From positions 2,265,576-2,329,575 of the forward strand of contig MU057887.1 of the NCBI GenBank assembly GCA_013265495.1: 64,000 nt of DNA, read 5' to 3'. The translations under genes and the position numbers were made by a program. The notes beneath the pieces are model-generated. The model did not search any database and was not told the DNA's origin. It saw only the letters and a program-made list of their open reading frames with translations. Numbering within the stretch: position 1 is the stretch's first letter; the number at the start of each line of letters is the position of its first letter. Shown here one piece after another: positions 61,210 through 64,000 of this stretch. The DNA is from Vicugna vicugna (taxonomy: Eukaryota).

Positions 61210-61537
61210 TTTCTTTTTTTTTAAAATAGGCTTTATTTTTTAGAGAAGTTTTGGATTCACAGTAAAAATGAGAGGAAGGTACAGGGATTTTCCAAATGCC
61301 ACCCTCCCCACTCTCATACGCACATCGCCTCCCCACCGTCATTCGCCCACTAGAGTGTTAGGGTTGTTAAAACTGAGCCTATATCGGCACAGCGTTGTCA
61401 CCTAAAGATCCACGCTTTACTTTAGAGTCCATTCTTGGTGCTGCTCGTTCTGTGGGCTTGGACAAATGTCTAATGGCGCGTCTCCAGCACGGCTGCATGG
61501 TTCTGAGCAGTTTTAGTGCTCTGAGTGTCCTCTGTGC
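61210..61537 (-). mobile_element. L1MC1/2-like 3' end
   Basis: TTTATTTTTTAGAGAAGTTTTGGATTCACAG...GAAGGTACAGGGATTTTCC...TTCTGTGGGCTTGGACAAATGT. Confidence 0.8.
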
Positions 61538-63138
61538 TTATTGTTTTGACTGCACAGACACAGTATATTGCATGTAGATGCATATAGACAACGTATGCAC
61601 GTGTATTTTAATTTACACACATGTACTGTTCATTGTTTCTAAGAACATTTAGCGCTTTAGCTTTTTGAACGCACATAGTTAACAAAGGAATAGAGCCAAC
61701 CACGAGATAAGTATTAATTCAAAAAGAGTAAGACGTATTGTTAAGGGAAAAGAAAGCAGTCATAGAAAGGGTGCAGTATGGTCCCACTGATGTTGGAGCA
61801 CTCACCCACGCGCAGGAGGAAGAGAGCGTTAAGGTCCACAGCGAACGACCCGCCTCCGTGGCATCCGGGCAGACGGGCACGCGGCAGGGAGCGCGTGAGC
61901 TGAAGCAGACAGTTGACTTTTCCCCCATGTATTTCTAGAATCTCTTCCAAATGAAAATGCATCAACGTGTTAAATATATAATAAATAATGAGAGGGAGGA
62001 ATTGGGCAAATGGTCTACCTCCTTTACTTCTGTTTAGAGTTTAGAGTCCTTGGAATCAGATCAATTTTACAAGCGATCAATGAAGAGACACTCTAGGGCC
62101 AGCATGCTGGCAGGCAGCATGGGTTCTGGAGGCTGGCAAGACATGTCTGTGCTGCCAATTGTCCGTCCTTCCTGTGAGAAAACTGTGCCCCAACTAAACA
62201 AGTGAAATCCTGTAGCAGTATCCACGCTGTGGTGGACACAGTGCTGCGTGATGAGGACACCCATCTGTCTTTAAAATCATGACGTGATAGAAGGAACAAG
62301 CACTTTGCCCTCAGGAGAAACTCAGATCCTGAAGTTTCTTACAGAGAAAAGTAGGGTGAGTCTCTGAACCAGGCTGGTTTCGCCATTTGGGAACAAGAGC
62401 TAAGATGCCTTTGCTTCATCCGCTTAGAGTCTCAGTGACCCTCAGATAAACAAATGAGACAATTTGAAAATGGACGCCCTCACACAGCGGTCCCGGCCAT
62501 CTCCGGTAGGACAGGGTGGAGACCCTTCAGGTGTGCAGCGGAGTGTGTGTGGAGGGAACCCCCAGGGAGCAAGGTGACAGTGGCCCTGAAACAGGGCGGT
62601 TTAGAAGCTCTGCAGCCGCCGCTTCCCTGGGCTATTTTCCAACTTGTAAACTAAAATATTCTGATTTTGACCAAAGAGATAAATCTTTGGGTCCCTGCAA
62701 GGAAGGGAGATATGAAAGTGATTCCTACAGAAATGCTGGAGACATGAAGGCCTCCACATTGAGCAGAAACCTTCCAGAAATAAACATCTGCCTGTGGACG
62801 GACAGGGCAACATGACAATCTCCAGCCGGACTCCAGGCAAAAAGATAAATTAGTACAAAGTGTCAGGTGATCACTCATAATGGTAACCATTGTGCCATTT
62901 GGATCTGGGACTTGAAATTACGCTTATTATCTGGTTAAGCGAGGCAGTCATGGTGGTCTCGGTCGGTGGCACCTAAGAAAACCCGGTAGGAACGACCTGA
63001 ATTGTGTCTGAGGAAACACTCTCTCCATCAGGTCTGCCTACGTGATCTCCAGCAGGTAAGCTTCACCGATCACAAGGTTAAGTTCAAAGTCACGAAGCGT
63101 TTACAGAAGCACCATGAGAAAGGGCATCAAAAGAGACG

Positions 63139-63371
63139 TCAGAGCCACGAGGCGGGAGGGGTCTGGGTCCCCGGGTCGCCACGCGGAAGGCTGCGTCCCG
63201 GGAACCCACACAAAGCTGCTATTTGGCCAAGGAAACAAAAAAACTTATATTTTGTTAACCCACTGAGATTTTTGGATTGTCGGCTGTAGGGCTGTGCTAG
63301 TCTGAGCAATGATGTATGTCCCTTCTTCTATTCAGGCCAATTTTCATTTTTTCGGGAGCCTAGAGTCCTTT
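63139..63371 (-). repeat. Inverted duplicate of 59581-59822 (MLT1 end plus flanking L1)
   Basis: 63139-63371 aligns to the reverse complement of 59581-59822, including the non-LTR flank GTCTGAGCA(A/G)TGATGTATGTCCCTTCTTCTATTCA(G/A)GCCAATTT. Confidence 0.9.
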
Positions 63372-64000
63372 GAAAGGAAAATGGTATTATATATAATACA
63401 TCATATGCCTATTATTACATACAGATACTGATACGTGGGTATGTTTCTGTAGATACATAGTGTTTTATGTTCACATGTTTTACTACTGGTTATGCGTTCC
63501 AGCATGCATACTTCCCATTATTTTTGCTTCAAGCAGTCAATTTTTAGAAAGTATTTAAGATAAGAGAACAAAGCACATAGCCTTTAAATTTATCTACATA
63601 TATAGAGATAAATATATATACATATAAACATGTCTATATCTACACACATATAATGAATAAAGGGGTAGAGTATTTCAGAGCAAAAATACAAATTCTCAAA
63701 AAGACCAAATGCAATTCTAGACTGAAAAATACATATCTGAAATTTTAAAAGGTGAACAGGTTTAAAGCACATCAGAGATGGAAAAAGAAAGTCGCAGTGG
63801 AGTTGAAGATAGGGCAACACACATTCTCCAAAATCAAGCAGGGAGAAAATATATGGAAAGAAAAATGGACCAAAGCACGGGCGACAGATGTTACAAAGAA
63901 ATCTGTCTAATACACATGAAATTGGAGCGTGAGGAGGAGAAGGAAAAAAGGAGATGGCAAAATATTCAAAGAAATACTTGCTGAATTTTGTTTCCAGTTT

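Noticed and set aside
1..64000. CRISPR arrays, operons or other prokaryotic or viral systems
   Set aside because: The sequence is mammalian and repeat-laden. No repeat-spacer array, gene-dense block or intact viral ORF was seen.

Overview
Mammalian genomic DNA, most likely camelid (camel/alpaca/llama): two tRNA-derived SINEs at 35457-35587 and 40975-41076 match the camelid Vic-1 type, and the L1 3' ends are of artiodactyl type. The window looks like GC-rich, probably distal/subtelomeric, intergenic or intronic sequence. I could not recognise any protein-coding gene. The ORF track is explained by high GC content, low-complexity tracts and decayed L1 ORF2 remnants. Contents: (i) many old transposon remnants (L1, L2, MIR, MaLR/MLT1, ERV1 LTRs of MER31 and MER41 type, MER3, MER58A, MADE2), several nested and with visible target-site duplications; (ii) a roughly 2 kb CpG island at about 32.4-34.6 kb; (iii) AT-rich, repeat-free islands dense in homeodomain/MEIS/FOX/POU motifs that resemble conserved developmental enhancers; (iv) two tandem duplications and an old inverted duplication. 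The most notable signals are extreme, patchy AT-to-GC rewriting of old repeats (consistent with GC-biased gene conversion) and an inverted copy of an LTR/L1 junction 3.3 kb from its source. I found no convincing evidence of a novel multi-gene system. Repeat family names come from my recollection of consensus sequences and need RepeatMasker/Dfam confirmation. Boundaries of old repeats are approximate.
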